Positions 36,469 to 46,875 of a stretch of DNA of 64,000 bases are shown in pieces. The stretch covers positions 384,001 through 448,000 of the forward strand of contig CAWDVR010000002.1 of NCBI GenBank assembly GCA_963805975.1, written 5' to 3'. The first letter of the stretch is position 1. Each line of letters begins with the position of its first letter. The position numbers and the translations under genes are program-made. The stretch comes from an uncultured Acidobacteriota bacterium (GTDB lineage: Bacteria; Acidobacteriota; Thermoanaerobaculia; Multivoradales; SZUA-115). The notes below the pieces were generated by a model. It had not been told where the DNA came from, made no database searches, and saw only the letters and a list, made by a program, of their open reading frames with translations.

Positions 36469-37871
36469 GCCGGGCGGCGCCACAGCTCTACCGCCACCGC
36501 GGCCAGGGCCCCGGGTAACAGGAGCTCGGCCGCGGCGACGTAGCGCCACTCGGGAGGCTGGAGCAGCAGGAGAAGCCCGATGGCGAGCAGGTAGAAGGAA
36601 CACGCGAAGGCGAGAAATCGGAGGCTGCTCGTCAGGCCGGCGGGAAGCGCGGTGCGACCGCTCGCGGAGCGCCCCCCACGGCGCCGGCGAACCCAGGCCA
36701 CCGTCGCCGCCCCTGCCGCCGCGGCAGCGGTCCCCCAGACCCAGGGGTTCGCAGCCGTCTGCCAGAGCGTCAAGACCCAGGCCCTGCCCAGCCAGACGAG
36801 ATAGAGCCCCGGCCGGGCGCGGAGGACCGCGACCGAAAGCGTGGCGAGGCGCCGGTCCACCCACAGGTCCCGGCCCTGGATCGAGCCGGCCTTGCCGGCC
36901 CCCGGCCCCTCCTCCCAAACCTGGCGCGCCGCCGGGACCGCCGTGCGCCAGGAGTTGGCGATGAACGGTTTCCGCCACGCCTCGACGCCGGAGCTCGCGT
37001 CCACCGCCGGGTGCCCTTTGCGCTGCCTCTCCTCCAGGATGCGCACCGCCAGCTCCCGCTCGCCCTCCGGCAGCTCGGAGATCAGCTCCGGCGTCAGCAT
37101 CGAAGTGGTGAGGCCACTCACGTTGTGGCCGGTGAACGCCACCAGGCCGAAGTGGCCCACGGCCCACCAGCGCACGGCGCAGAAGGCGAGGAGAGGCACG
37201 AAGGCGAGCGCCGCCAGGGCCGCCGCGCGGCGCCGCCCGCTCGCGAGACCCGCGAGCGGCACGAGGGCCACCAGGAAGAGGTACGACGGCCGGAACTGAT
37301 AGGTGAGGAACAGCGCCAGCCCGAGGCCGGCCCAGGCCATTCGCTTCCGCGGCTCGGCCAGTACCACCAGGAGCGACGCGACCGTGGCGAGCGCCAGGCT
37401 CGCCGCCGGGAGGTCGCTCATGATCGACGGCGCCAGGAAGGAAACCAGCGGCGAGTAGAGAGGCGGGGTGGCGGCGGCGAAGGCCGCGCCGTCGGACAGC
37501 CCGAACCTCCTCAGCGCGGCGCACAGACCGACCACGGCCAGGCAGTAGACGCCGAGCTGCACGTGCGGCAGCCAGCCGAGGTCCGGGGAGAGCCAGCCCA
37601 TGCCCCGCAGCGACAGCGGATAACCGAGGGTGCGGATGCTTTCCAGGAGATCGAGGAGCGATGCCCGATCCGCGAGATGCTGGTAGAGCCTGCTGTCGAT
37701 GCGGACGATGGGCTCGAAGCCGGGCGAGAGGAGGTTCGCGACGAAGACGGCACCGGCCTGGAGCGCCATCCAGGTGACGGCGCTGCCAGGCAGGCGCGGC
37801 GCTCGGCCAGCCCGAGCCGCCGCTCCCTCTCTCTCCCGATCTCCCGGCCGCCCTTCCACCATTCTCCGCAT
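36462..37871 (-). CDS. Polytopic membrane protein, possibly a GT-C-fold glycosyltransferase (start uncertain)
   Basis: About 10 hydrophobic segments; DSRLY after TM1, RTLGYP, IMSDLP, FRPSY, EWRY. Confidence 0.65.
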   Translation of the reverse strand: MRRMVEGRPGDREREGAAARAGRAPRLPGSAVTWMALQAGAVFVANLLSPGFEPIVRIDSRLYQHLADRASLLDLLESIRTLGYPLSLRGMGWLSPDLGWLPHVQLGVYCLAVVGLCAALRRFGLSDGAAFAAATPPLYSPLVSFLAPSIMSDLPAASLALATVASLLVVLAEPRKRMAWAGLGLALFLTYQFRPSYLFLVALVPLAGLASGRRRAAALAALAFVPLLAFCAVRWWAVGHFGLVAFTGHNVSGLTTSMLTPELISELPEGERELAVRILEERQRKGHPAVDASSGVEAWRKPFIANSWRTAVPAARQVWEEGPGAGKAGSIQGRDLWVDRRLATLSVAVLRARPGLYLVWLGRAWVLTLWQTAANPWVWGTAAAAAGAATVAWVRRRRGGRSASGRTALPAGLTSSLRFLAFACSFYLLAIGLLLLLQPPEWRYVAAAELLLPGALAAVAVELWRRPAY

Positions 37872-37932
37872 GCTAGCGCTTCCAGCCCTCCCCACCCCTC
37901 CAACGCGCAGGGCGCGGGCTCACCCGGTCCTC

Positions 37933-40630
37933 TCAGGGCACGGCGAGGCTCCAAGCCGACAGGTCCCCGCTCTCGAACCCGTCGGTGAAGAGGCCCTCGA
38001 CCGAGAGCGCGAAGTCGGCTCGGGCCATCGGCCCGTAGACGATCTCCAGCAGCGTGCCGGAGAGCGGGTCACAGAGGCCCGCGTACGCCGACCCGCGGGG
38101 GCAGGCGACGTGCTCGAAGACCTCGTCGATGCCGCCCAGGCCCGCATCCGTCGAAACCAGGTAGGACCCGGAATCGAGAGCAAGGTGGTAGCGGCCCGCA
38201 GCGTCCGTGCTGGTGCTGGCGAAGAGCTGGCCACTCGGCAGCCAGACGTCGATCCCCACTCCGGCGAGCGGTGCGCCACCTCCCTGGGCCGTCACCGTGC
38301 CCTGAATGCCGGGTCCGCGGTCGAGCGCGAGATCGATGCCGGTGGCCGCCGTGTCGAGGCTGACCTGGATCGGCGTACCCGCGGTCGGGTCACAGGAGTC
38401 ATGGGGATAGAAGCAGAGAACGCCGTTGTACAGCTCCCCGAGATGCTCGAAGCTCTGGGCATGGGCGAAGTAGGTCCCCGCTCGAAGGCCCGCGAGCTCG
38501 AAGTTGCCGAGAGAGTCGCTGTAAGTGGCGCCGCCAAAGGCGCCGCCCACATCCCACAGGGACACGTAGGCGCTCAGGGCCGTCCCGCTGGTTGTGTCCG
38601 TGACCCGGCCTCGGATCGACCCCAGCCGGCGCAGGGCGAAGTCGATGCCGGTCGTCTCCACCTCGAAGGCAACGGCGATCGGGTCGCCGGTCGTGGGGTC
38701 GCAAGGCGCATAGTAGGGGCAGGGCAGATCGTCGTACAGCTCGTCGAGCCAGCTCGAGCAGGAGGTCCGGACGAAGTGGGCACCGGGCTCGAGACCCTCG
38801 ATCGTGTAACGGCCCTCGGCGTCGGTATAGCCGCTGCCGTCGTACCAGTCGCCGTTGTAGGCGACCACCGAGCAGCCGGCGACCGGCAGGCCCGTTGCCT
38901 CTGCGATGACCCGGCCGGAGATCGAGCCCAGCTCGGTCAGCGAGAAGTCGACCCCGCTCGATTCGCTGCCGAGCGAGGCCGTCACCGGCGTGCCGGTGGT
39001 CGGGTCGCAGGAGGCTGGGCAGGGCAGGTCCTCGAACAGCTCGCGCTGGTACCCGGCCTCCTCCGCGGTGGCGAAGTAAGTCCCTGCGTCGAGGCCGCTC
39101 AGCGAGTAGCGACCCACTTCGTTCGTGTAGCCATAGCCAGCGTAGTACCCGTCCTGGTGCCAGAGCACGACGTACGCCGAGCCCAGGGGGGTGCCGCTTT
39201 CCTCGGCGCGAACCACGCCGGAGATCCGGGCCAGTCGATCGAGAGCGAAGTCGATCCCGGCCGCCGTGGAGCCGGGCGCCACCGGAACGAGCGTCGCGGA
39301 TTCGTACGGGCAGCCACTCGGCGTGCAGGCGATGTCGTCGTAGTACTCGTTCCGAAAGTCCCCGTAGATGTAGGTGCGCACGCGGTAGCTGCCGGCCCCG
39401 AGGCCCTGGATCCTGTAACGGCCTTCGCTATCGGTGTAGTCGTAGGCCCAGCCGATGCCATCGGGGTGGGTGGCCTCGATCTCGAGGAAAGGCACCGGGT
39501 CGCCGGTCCCGGCGTCGGTCACGATGCCGGTGACCGCACCGAAGGCCCGCAGGCTGAAGTCGATGCCGGCCGTGGTCTGACCGACCGTAGCCGCAACGGG
39601 GTCGCCGTCCCAGGGATCACAGTCGCCGTCGGCGCAGTCGATGCCATCGTAGAGCTGCGAGAGATAGGAGTAGTTGCTCGCCCGGAGGTAGTAGGTGCCG
39701 GATGCCAGGCCCTGGAAGCGGTAGCGGCCGACGTTGTCGGTGCCGGTATAGCCCCTGTAGGACCCGTCCGCATCGTAGAGCGTGATCTCGGCGTCCATCG
39801 CCAGCCCGCTCGCCGCCTCCCGCACCCGGCCGGTGATGATGCCGCCGGCCGCAAGCGCGAAATTGATGCCGGTGGTGACGATGCCTTCCTGCACCGTGAT
39901 CGCCGTGCCGGTGGTCACGTTGCAACCGCCGTCGCAGGGCAGGTTGTCGAAGACCTCATCGAAGTAGCTCTGATCGTTGTAGGTCCGGGCGAAGTAGGTG
40001 CCCGGCGAGAGAAAGTCGAAAGCGTAGTGGCCGGCGGAGTCCGTGGTACGCAACCCGAAGTAGAAGCCTGCGCTGTCGTAGATCTCGACGTAGACGCCAC
40101 CGAGCCCGGCAGTGGACGGCGACGCCGTCACCCGCCCGGCCAAGCCACCCCACCCGCCTCGGGCCCCGCGTGGTGGCTGCTCGCCTGGCACCCGGAGCTC
40201 CGCGGGCGCGGACGGCCTCTCGCCCCGCGCGTAGCGGTCGAGGTTGCCGAGATCGGCCTCCAGTGCCCGCTTCTGGGAGCGGAGCCGTGCGACCTCGGGG
40301 CCTTCCTCCTCGGAATCCAGCCGCGCACCGAGAAAACGCACCAGCCGCCGCAGGTGGAGAGCGTCCTGGGCCAGGCCCGGATCGGGCTGCCGGTCCGCCA
40401 GGACCTGGAGCCGCGTCCTCTCGGCACGAGTGCGGATGGCGTGCTCCGCCTCGGTCAAGCGTCGGGTGATGGCCTCGACCTGGCTCTCCCCCGAATCACT
40501 TCGCCAGGGCTGGCACAGCCCCGGGCTGCGCAACACCGGGCGCCGCTCCCAGCCAGCCGAACCAGCAGGCGCAGAGGCTCAGGCCTTTCGCCCAGTGCTT
40601 CCATCCTCGAGCTCGGACACTCGTTCTCAT
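37933..40630 (-). CDS. Secreted protein with about 7 carboxypeptidase-regulatory-like repeats and C-terminal FTDGFESGD motif; apparent +1 frameshift at ~40500
   Basis: AGGAGAGG SD and ATG 40630 give a signal peptide MRTSVRARGWKHWAKGLSLCACWFGWLGAAPGVAQ; repeats GxIxGRV..TDxxGxY..L.xGxY..ELYDDxxC..CD...G..I...GIDFAL. Confidence 0.85.
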
Positions 40631-40836
40631 GACCTCTCCTCTACCGGAGCTTCGCGCTTTCCCAAGCTCGCAAGAAGCTCCGAGCTTCCGTTCTAAAGTT
40701 CGTCCTTAGAGGGACTTACGCCGACGCGCAGTGCGTTTTCGGCGCCGCCCGGCTATGATGGATGGCGACATCGAAAGCAATTGTCGCAACCCCTACAATG
40801 CGGTTGGATGGCCTTTGCCGGCAGGAGGTTTATCGG

Positions 40837-43800
40837 ATGGTCCGCTTCCGTATCGCGACGGTTCTCGCCCTGGTTCTCGCCGCCTCTCTCTTCGCCTCTC
40901 CCGCCGCCGGCAAGCCGCGCAAGAGCGCCGAGGCCCAGCCGGAGGAGCTGAAGCCCGCGGTCGATCCCGCGCTCTACCAGGCCCTCGCCTGGCGCAACAT
41001 CGGCCCCTCCCGGGGCGGGCGGGTGACCGCCGTCGCCGGGGTGGCGGGCCAGCCCATGACCTTCTACATGGGCTCGACGGGCGGCGGCGTGTGGAAGACG
41101 GCGGACGGCGGCAACACCTGGAGGAACGTCACCGACGGCTTCGTCAAGACCGGGTCGGTGGGCGCGATCACGGTGGCGCCTTCAGACCCCAACGTGGTCT
41201 ACGTGGGCATGGGCGAAGCGCCGGTGCGCGGGGTCGCGAGCTCGCACGGCGACGGCGTCTACCGCTCGACCGATGCCGGCAAGACCTGGCAGCACCTGGG
41301 CCTCGGCAGGACGCGCCAGATCGCGGAGATCGAGGTGCATCCGACGAACCCCGACCTGGTCTACGTGGCGGCGCAAGGCAGCCCGTGGGCCGCCACCCCG
41401 GAGCGCGGCATCTACCGCTCGAGCGACGGCGGCAAGACCTGGCAGCAGGTGCACCGCGTGAGCGACGACGCCGGTGCGACCGACCTGGCGATGGACCCTT
41501 CCAACCCGCGCATCCTCTTCGCCGCCTACTGGCACCACCGGCGCACCCCTTGGAAGATCACGAGCGGCGGGCCCCCGGGCGTCCTGGGCAGCGGCATCTG
41601 GCGGACCCTGGACGGCGGCGACACCTGGCAGCAGATGAGCGAGGGCCTGCCCAAGGAGATGGGCAAGATCGGCGTCGCGATCTCCGGCGCCCGCTCGGAG
41701 CGGGTGTGGGCCATGGTCGAGGCCGAGGAGGGCGGGCTCTTCCGTTCGGACGACGGCGGCAAGAGCTGGCAGCGCGTCAACCAGGAGCGTGTGCTGCGCG
41801 GCCGCGCCTGGTACTACACCCACGTCATCGCCGACCCGCAGGACGCCGACACCGTCTACGTGCTCAACGCGCCGATGATGAAGTCGATCGACGGCGGCAA
41901 GAGCTTCCGGCCGGTGGAGGTGCCGCACGGCGACAACCACGCGCTGTGGATCTCCCCGGTGAACAACGCCTGGATGATCAACGGCAACGACGGCGGCGCC
42001 AACGTCTCCTACAACGGCGGCGAGACCTGGTCGACGCAGGCCAACCAGCCCACCGCCCAGTTCTACCGGGTGAACACCGACCACCTCGACCCCTACACCG
42101 TCTACGGCGGCCAGCAGGACAACACCACGGTCGCCATCAAGAGCGCCGGCGACGACGGCTCGATCGGCCGCGAGGACTGGCGCGCGGTGGGCGGCTGCGA
42201 GAGCGGCTACGTGGCCTTCGACCCGGCGGCGCCGCGCTGGATCTACGCCGGCTGCTACCAGGGCCAGATCAGCGAGTACGACGCCGAGACCGGCCGCTAC
42301 CGCGACGTGATGGCCTACCCGGTGATCGGCCTCGCCGCGACCCCGGCCGAGAGCAAGTACCGCTTCAACTGGAACGCGCCGATCGTCGTCTCACGGCACG
42401 ACCCGAAAGTGATCTACCACGGCGCCAACGTGCTGCTGCGCAGCAACGACCGCGGCGTGACCTGGGAGGAGATCTCGCCGGACCTCACCGGCAACGACCC
42501 GGCCAAGCAGGGCCCCGGCGGGGGACCGATCACCAACGAGGGCGCCGGCGGCGAGGTCTACCAGACGATCTTCTACATCGCCGAGTCGCCGCACGACGCG
42601 GCGACGATCTGGGCCGGCACCGACGACGGCCGCGTCCACCTGACGCGCGACGGCGGTGCCCATTGGACGGAGGTCACTCCGCCGGGGCTGGGCGAAGCGC
42701 AAATCAACGCCATCGAGGTCTCCCCTCACGATCCGGCCACTGCCTGGCTGGCGGTGACGCGCTACAAGTTCAACGACTTCACGCCGCACGTCCTCCGCAC
42801 CACGGACTTCGGCAAGACCTGGAAGCGCACCGTGGCAGGCATCGGCCCCGAGGCCTGGGTGCGGGTGGTGCGCGAGGACACGGCGAGGCGGGGTCTGCTC
42901 TTCGCCGGCACCGAGACCGGCCTCTACGTCTCCTTCGACTCCGGCGAGCGCTGGCAGCCCTTCGAGCTCAACTTCCCGGTGGTGCCGGTGACCGATCTCC
43001 AAGTGCACGGCGACGACCTCGTCGCCTCGACCCAGGGACGCGCGTTCTGGGTCCTCGACGACCTCTCGCCGCTACGCCAGGTCGAGCCGGCGGCAGCGGA
43101 GCTCCGGCTCCTCCAGCCCAAGCCCACGCGCCACGGCCGCGTGGGCGGCTTCTCGTTCGACGGCCCGCCGCCGGGCGTCGGCGCCAACCCGCCCGCGGGC
43201 GCGGTGATCGACTACCTGGTGGGCCGCGAGCTCGATGCCGAGAAGGATGAGCTGCGGCTCGAGATCCTGGACGGCGCGGGCGCTGTGGTGCGCAGCCTCT
43301 CGAGCCGGCCGAAGAAGGAAGAAGGCGGTCCTGGCCCCGGTCCGGGCCCCGGCTCCGGCTCCGGCCCGCCGGGACCGCCCCCGCTTCCCGCCAAGAAAGG
43401 CATGAACCGCTGGGTTTGGGACCTGCGGGGCGAGCCCATGGCGCGAGTACCCGGCCTCATGACCCTGAACCCCGGTGCCGGCAGGCTGGCGCCTGCCGGC
43501 GCGTACCAAGTGCGGCTCACCCTGGGTGAGACTCGGGTGACGCAGCCGCTCGACCTGCGGGAAGACCCGCGGCTCGCCGGCCTCGACCCTGCCGCCGCGG
43601 CCGAGCAGCGCCAGCTCCTGGGCGCGGTGGGCACGGCGATGGACGAGATCTACCGCTCGGTCACTCGCCTGCGCGACGTGCGCGGCCAGGTCGAGGCCCT
43701 GGTGGTCCGCGCCAAGGAACGCGAGGGCGGCGAGGAGATTCGGCTCGCGGGCGAGGCGCTGGTGAAGGACATGACCGCGCTCGAGGACGAGCTGGTGCAG

Positions 43801-44064
43801 CCCAAGAGCCAGAGCTTCCAGGACGTGATCAACTTCGGCAACCGCCTCGACGCCGAGCTCGGCGCGCTGCTCGACTCGGCGGAGACCGGGCCGCCGCTCA
43901 CCGCCGGCCAGCAGCAACGCTGGCGTGACCTCGAGACCCAGTGGCAAGAGAAGAAGGCGAAGCTCGGCGAGCTGCTTGGCACCCGGCTCGACACCTTCAA
44001 CGCCCTGGTGGCCTGGCACGCCGTGCCGGCGATCGTGCTGCCGGCGGAGAAGCCGAAGCCCTGA
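40837..44064 (+). CDS. Secreted VPS10/BNR-repeat beta-propeller protein (glycosyl hydrolase-like)
   Basis: GGAGG SD; signal peptide; WRNIGPSRGGRV; many SxDGGxTW Asp-box repeats; C-terminal helical region. Confidence 0.9.
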   Translation: MVRFRIATVLALVLAASLFASPAAGKPRKSAEAQPEELKPAVDPALYQALAWRNIGPSRGGRVTAVAGVAGQPMTFYMGSTGGGVWKTADGGNTWRNVTDGFVKTGSVGAITVAPSDPNVVYVGMGEAPVRGVASSHGDGVYRSTDAGKTWQHLGLGRTRQIAEIEVHPTNPDLVYVAAQGSPWAATPERGIYRSSDGGKTWQQVHRVSDDAGATDLAMDPSNPRILFAAYWHHRRTPWKITSGGPPGVLGSGIWRTLDGGDTWQQMSEGLPKEMGKIGVAISGARSERVWAMVEAEEGGLFRSDDGGKSWQRVNQERVLRGRAWYYTHVIADPQDADTVYVLNAPMMKSIDGGKSFRPVEVPHGDNHALWISPVNNAWMINGNDGGANVSYNGGETWSTQANQPTAQFYRVNTDHLDPYTVYGGQQDNTTVAIKSAGDDGSIGREDWRAVGGCESGYVAFDPAAPRWIYAGCYQGQISEYDAETGRYRDVMAYPVIGLAATPAESKYRFNWNAPIVVSRHDPKVIYHGANVLLRSNDRGVTWEEISPDLTGNDPAKQGPGGGPITNEGAGGEVYQTIFYIAESPHDAATIWAGTDDGRVHLTRDGGAHWTEVTPPGLGEAQINAIEVSPHDPATAWLAVTRYKFNDFTPHVLRTTDFGKTWKRTVAGIGPEAWVRVVREDTARRGLLFAGTETGLYVSFDSGERWQPFELNFPVVPVTDLQVHGDDLVASTQGRAFWVLDDLSPLRQVEPAAAELRLLQPKPTRHGRVGGFSFDGPPPGVGANPPAGAVIDYLVGRELDAEKDELRLEILDGAGAVVRSLSSRPKKEEGGPGPGPGPGSGSGPPGPPPLPAKKGMNRWVWDLRGEPMARVPGLMTLNPGAGRLAPAGAYQVRLTLGETRVTQPLDLREDPRLAGLDPAAAAEQRQLLGAVGTAMDEIYRSVTRLRDVRGQVEALVVRAKEREGGEEIRLAGEALVKDMTALEDELVQPKSQSFQDVINFGNRLDAELGALLDSAETGPPLTAGQQQRWRDLETQWQEKKAKLGELLGTRLDTFNALVAWHAVPAIVLPAEKPKP

Positions 44065-44078
44065 TCACGGTCCCTTTC

Positions 44079-44166
44079 CCCAGATCCTTCGCTGCGCTCA
44101 GGATGACAGAACTCGTCGTTCCGAGCGCAGCCCGTCTGTCATCCTGAGCGCAGCGAAGGATCTGGG
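44079..44166. repeat. REP-like palindrome with 32-bp perfect arms (GTCATCCTGAGCGCAGCGAAGGATCT type)
   Basis: Arm 44079-44110 CCCAGATCCTTCGCTGCGCTCAGGATGACAGA and its reverse complement at 44135-44166, between convergent genes. Confidence 0.9.
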
Positions 44167-44200
44167 CGGGGCAACTTCTTGGGGGGTGAGGTGAGGCCCC

Positions 44201-45487
44201 CTACCCCGCCCTGGCCCGCAGGTGGGCCACCACCCAGGCCTGGAGCTGCTCGGCCGAGGCGAGAGCGGTCTGCCCGAGCTCGGCCGGCGAGCGGTCCTCG
44301 CCCATCAGCGCCAGGGCGCGGTAGACGAGATAGGTGAAGTTCTCGCGCACCGTGTCGTGGCGGCGGCCGGAGTACATGGCCTTGAGAGCCTCGAGCTGGC
44401 CGGCGAGCGTGTCCTCGGTCATCCCGGTTTCGCTCGGCTCGGCTCGCGCCGCGGAGCGGGCGGGCGCTCTCTTGCGCGAAGCGCCGCGGCGCACCGGCCG
44501 AAACGCCGACTCGAGGGCCTCGAGCTCGCTCGCCACCGGGTCGGGCGCCGGCAGCGGTGCGATCGGCTCGGGGCCGCGGTCGAGCGCGATCGGCACGCCG
44601 CTGGCGTTGGCCGCCGCCACCCGTTCGTCGTAGACCACCCAGCCGAGCTGCGTCAGGCGCAGGCGCGCGGACACGCCCTCGGCCAGGCTCTCGACCAGCG
44701 GCACCACCGCCCCCTCGAAGCTCTCCTCGACGCCGTTGAACATGTTGAGCACGGCGTGCACGCGCAGCTCGGAGAGGAAGTCGCGCAACACTTCGATCAC
44801 CGCGTGCGGCCCCAGCAGGCTCTCGAGCTCGGCGAGGAACGCGTCCGCGTTCGGCACGCCCTCCTCGTAGACGTCCTCGGCCTGGTCGAGGAGCGCGCGG
44901 AGCCGCTCCCCGTGCGCTTCGAGGCTCGCCTGCCGCAGCAGCAGGGACCCCTGGGCGAAGAGGATGCGCAGCGAGCGGAAGACGATCGCCTTCACCAGGT
45001 CCGCCGCGGCGAGCGTGGCGGCCGGGTTGCCGGGCGTGAAGACCAGGATGCCGCTGTTGGTGTAGGGCAGGAGGTCGATCACCGAGTGGTCGAGCCCGGC
45101 CTTGAGGTCCAGCACCACGTACTCGGCGCCGATCGCCGGGATCTCCTGCGCCAGCCGGCGGCGGAACGCATCGCCCAGGACCGTGAGCTCCTCGATGTAG
45201 TGCCGCGGGCCGGCCACGAAACCGAAGCCCCGGAACTGCCCGTCCCGGTCGAGGGCCTCCGGCAGGCGGCTCACGCAGCTCGCCAGCGGTTCGCCCTTCT
45301 TCCAGAAGTGGTAGAGGTCGCGCTCGATCGGCACGCGGAGCGCGGTCCGCACCGAGGAAGTGCCGGTGTCGAGGTCGATCAGGACCGTGGGCGCCACCCG
45401 CGAGAGGGCGAGGGCGAAGTTGACGGCGAAGGTCGTCTTGCCGACGCCGCCTTTGCCGGAGGAGACGGGGAGGATGCGGCGCACCAT
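44201..45487 (-). CDS. MinD/FlhG-like P-loop ATPase with extended C-terminus
   Basis: Deviant Walker A SGKGGVGKTT, LIDLDTG, VVLDLKAG, VLNM; about 428 aa. Confidence 0.85.
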   Translation of the reverse strand: MVRRILPVSSGKGGVGKTTFAVNFALALSRVAPTVLIDLDTGTSSVRTALRVPIERDLYHFWKKGEPLASCVSRLPEALDRDGQFRGFGFVAGPRHYIEELTVLGDAFRRRLAQEIPAIGAEYVVLDLKAGLDHSVIDLLPYTNSGILVFTPGNPAATLAAADLVKAIVFRSLRILFAQGSLLLRQASLEAHGERLRALLDQAEDVYEEGVPNADAFLAELESLLGPHAVIEVLRDFLSELRVHAVLNMFNGVEESFEGAVVPLVESLAEGVSARLRLTQLGWVVYDERVAAANASGVPIALDRGPEPIAPLPAPDPVASELEALESAFRPVRRGASRKRAPARSAARAEPSETGMTEDTLAGQLEALKAMYSGRRHDTVRENFTYLVYRALALMGEDRSPAELGQTALASAEQLQAWVVAHLRARAG

Positions 45488-45640
45488 CGGACGTCTGCCG
45501 GGCGTCAGGCTGCGAGGAGATTCGCCGCGACGCGCGGTCGGGCCTGGATCATCGATTTCTAGAATAGTACTCCAGGAGCCGCAGGCGCGCGCCATCGTCG
45601 GGCAGGTGTGTACGCAACGATGCGATAGGCTCCCGCGCCT

Positions 45641-46483
45641 GTGATCCTGCCGGAGGGCATCGTCGGCGTCGACGCCGGGGCCACGCTCGCCAAGCTGGTC
45701 TTCCAGCCGGCACCGGTGCGGGGCACCCCCGCTCGTGAGCCCGTCGCCCAGGCCCGCCTCCCCTCTTCCGACCCCGAGGCCGTCCGCGCCGCCATCGCGG
45801 CCTGGAGGCCGGCCCGGATCGCCGCCACCGGTGGCGGTGCCGCGGCGCTGGGCCGGGTGATCGCGGGCGTCGAGGTCGAACGCGTAGAGGAGTTCGCGGC
45901 CTGGGCCGCCGGCGCTCCGCGGGTGGCCGCCGCGGCCGGGATCGAGCTGCCCGAGAGCTATCTCCTGGTGAGCGTTGGCACCGGCACCTCGGTGCTCGCC
46001 GTGCGCGAAGGCACGGCGGAACGGGTGGGCGGCAGCGCGCTCGGCGGCGGCACGCTGCTCGGGCTCGGGAAGCTGCTCGTCGGGGCGCCGGGCTTCGAGG
46101 AGATCGCGCGCCTGGCGCACGCCGGGGACCGCCGCCAGGTGGACCTCCTGGTCGGCGACATCTACAGCGAGGGCGGCATCGCGCTGCCGGCCGAGCTCAA
46201 CGCAGCGAGCTTCGGCAAGCTCGCCTCCACTTCCCACGCGGACGTGGCCCACGCCCTCACCGGCCTGATCGGCGAAAATCTGGCTCTGATCGCCACCGCC
46301 CTCGCCCGCGGCGCGGCCGTCGAAGCCATCGTCTACTGCGGCTCCACCCTCGATCTCAACCCGGCGCTCGAAGAGATCCTGAGCCAAACGACTCAGGCCT
46401 ATGGGGCACGGCCCCTGTTCCTCCCCGGCGGCGCGTTCTGCGGGGCGGTGGGGGCGGCAGCGCTGGCGGGTGGCGAGGCCTAG
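45641..46483 (+). CDS. Type II pantothenate kinase (Fumble / CoaW-like)
   Basis: GVDAGATLAK, ATGGGA, VEEFAAW, LVSVGTGTS, RVGGSALGGGTLLGL, GDRRQVDLLVGDIY, AASFGK, GAVGA. Confidence 0.88.
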   Translation: MILPEGIVGVDAGATLAKLVFQPAPVRGTPAREPVAQARLPSSDPEAVRAAIAAWRPARIAATGGGAAALGRVIAGVEVERVEEFAAWAAGAPRVAAAAGIELPESYLLVSVGTGTSVLAVREGTAERVGGSALGGGTLLGLGKLLVGAPGFEEIARLAHAGDRRQVDLLVGDIYSEGGIALPAELNAASFGKLASTSHADVAHALTGLIGENLALIATALARGAAVEAIVYCGSTLDLNPALEEILSQTTQAYGARPLFLPGGAFCGAVGAAALAGGEA

Positions 46484-46875
46484 CCAGCCGGAGCGGATCG
46501 AGCCGGCGGCAGGAGCACTTCAACATCAAGCCGGCGAAAGTCCGCGTCGAGTGTGAGGAGTGGGCACTTCTCTGCCACTGCGAGAGCATAGGCAAAGCAG
46601 TCTCCGAGGTTCAGCGGAAACCGTAGCCGCGCCGCAGCGGCGATGCGCGCCTGTTCGACGTCGGGCGCCACGAAGCGGATACCACTCGTCAGCAGTTGAT
46701 CCTCCAGCCTGGCGAAGAGCTTGGGCTGGCGGTCTTCTAATCGAATCAGAGTCTCCACCAGGTTTACGGTGCTCATCCGCAGCTCGGCGGCGTGCGAGGT
46801 GAGCTGCTCGCTCGACCACTCGGCCCACGACTCGTCGAACAGCACGGCCAGAATGACGGAGGTATCAACGACCAC
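46480..46875 (-). CDS. vapC: VapC-family PIN-domain toxin
   Basis: MVVDTSVILAVL, NLVE, LNLGDCFAYALA, LLTLDADF. Confidence 0.9.
   Translation of the reverse strand: MVVDTSVILAVLFDESWAEWSSEQLTSHAAELRMSTVNLVETLIRLEDRQPKLFARLEDQLLTSGIRFVAPDVEQARIAAAARLRFPLNLGDCFAYALAVAEKCPLLTLDADFRRLDVEVLLPPARSAPAG

Noticed and set aside
37933-40140. Periodic ~310-bp similarity as a CRISPR or DNA repeat array
   Set aside because: Degenerate protein-domain repeats in a CDS; no identical repeats with unique spacers and no cas genes.
43321-43390. GGCCCC/GGCTCC short repeats
   Set aside because: They encode a Gly-Pro linker inside the VPS10-like protein.
44201-46387. 728-aa ORF as a fused MinD protein
   Set aside because: The first 300 codons are largely antisense to the pantothenate kinase gene; the Walker A domain starts at ATG 45487.
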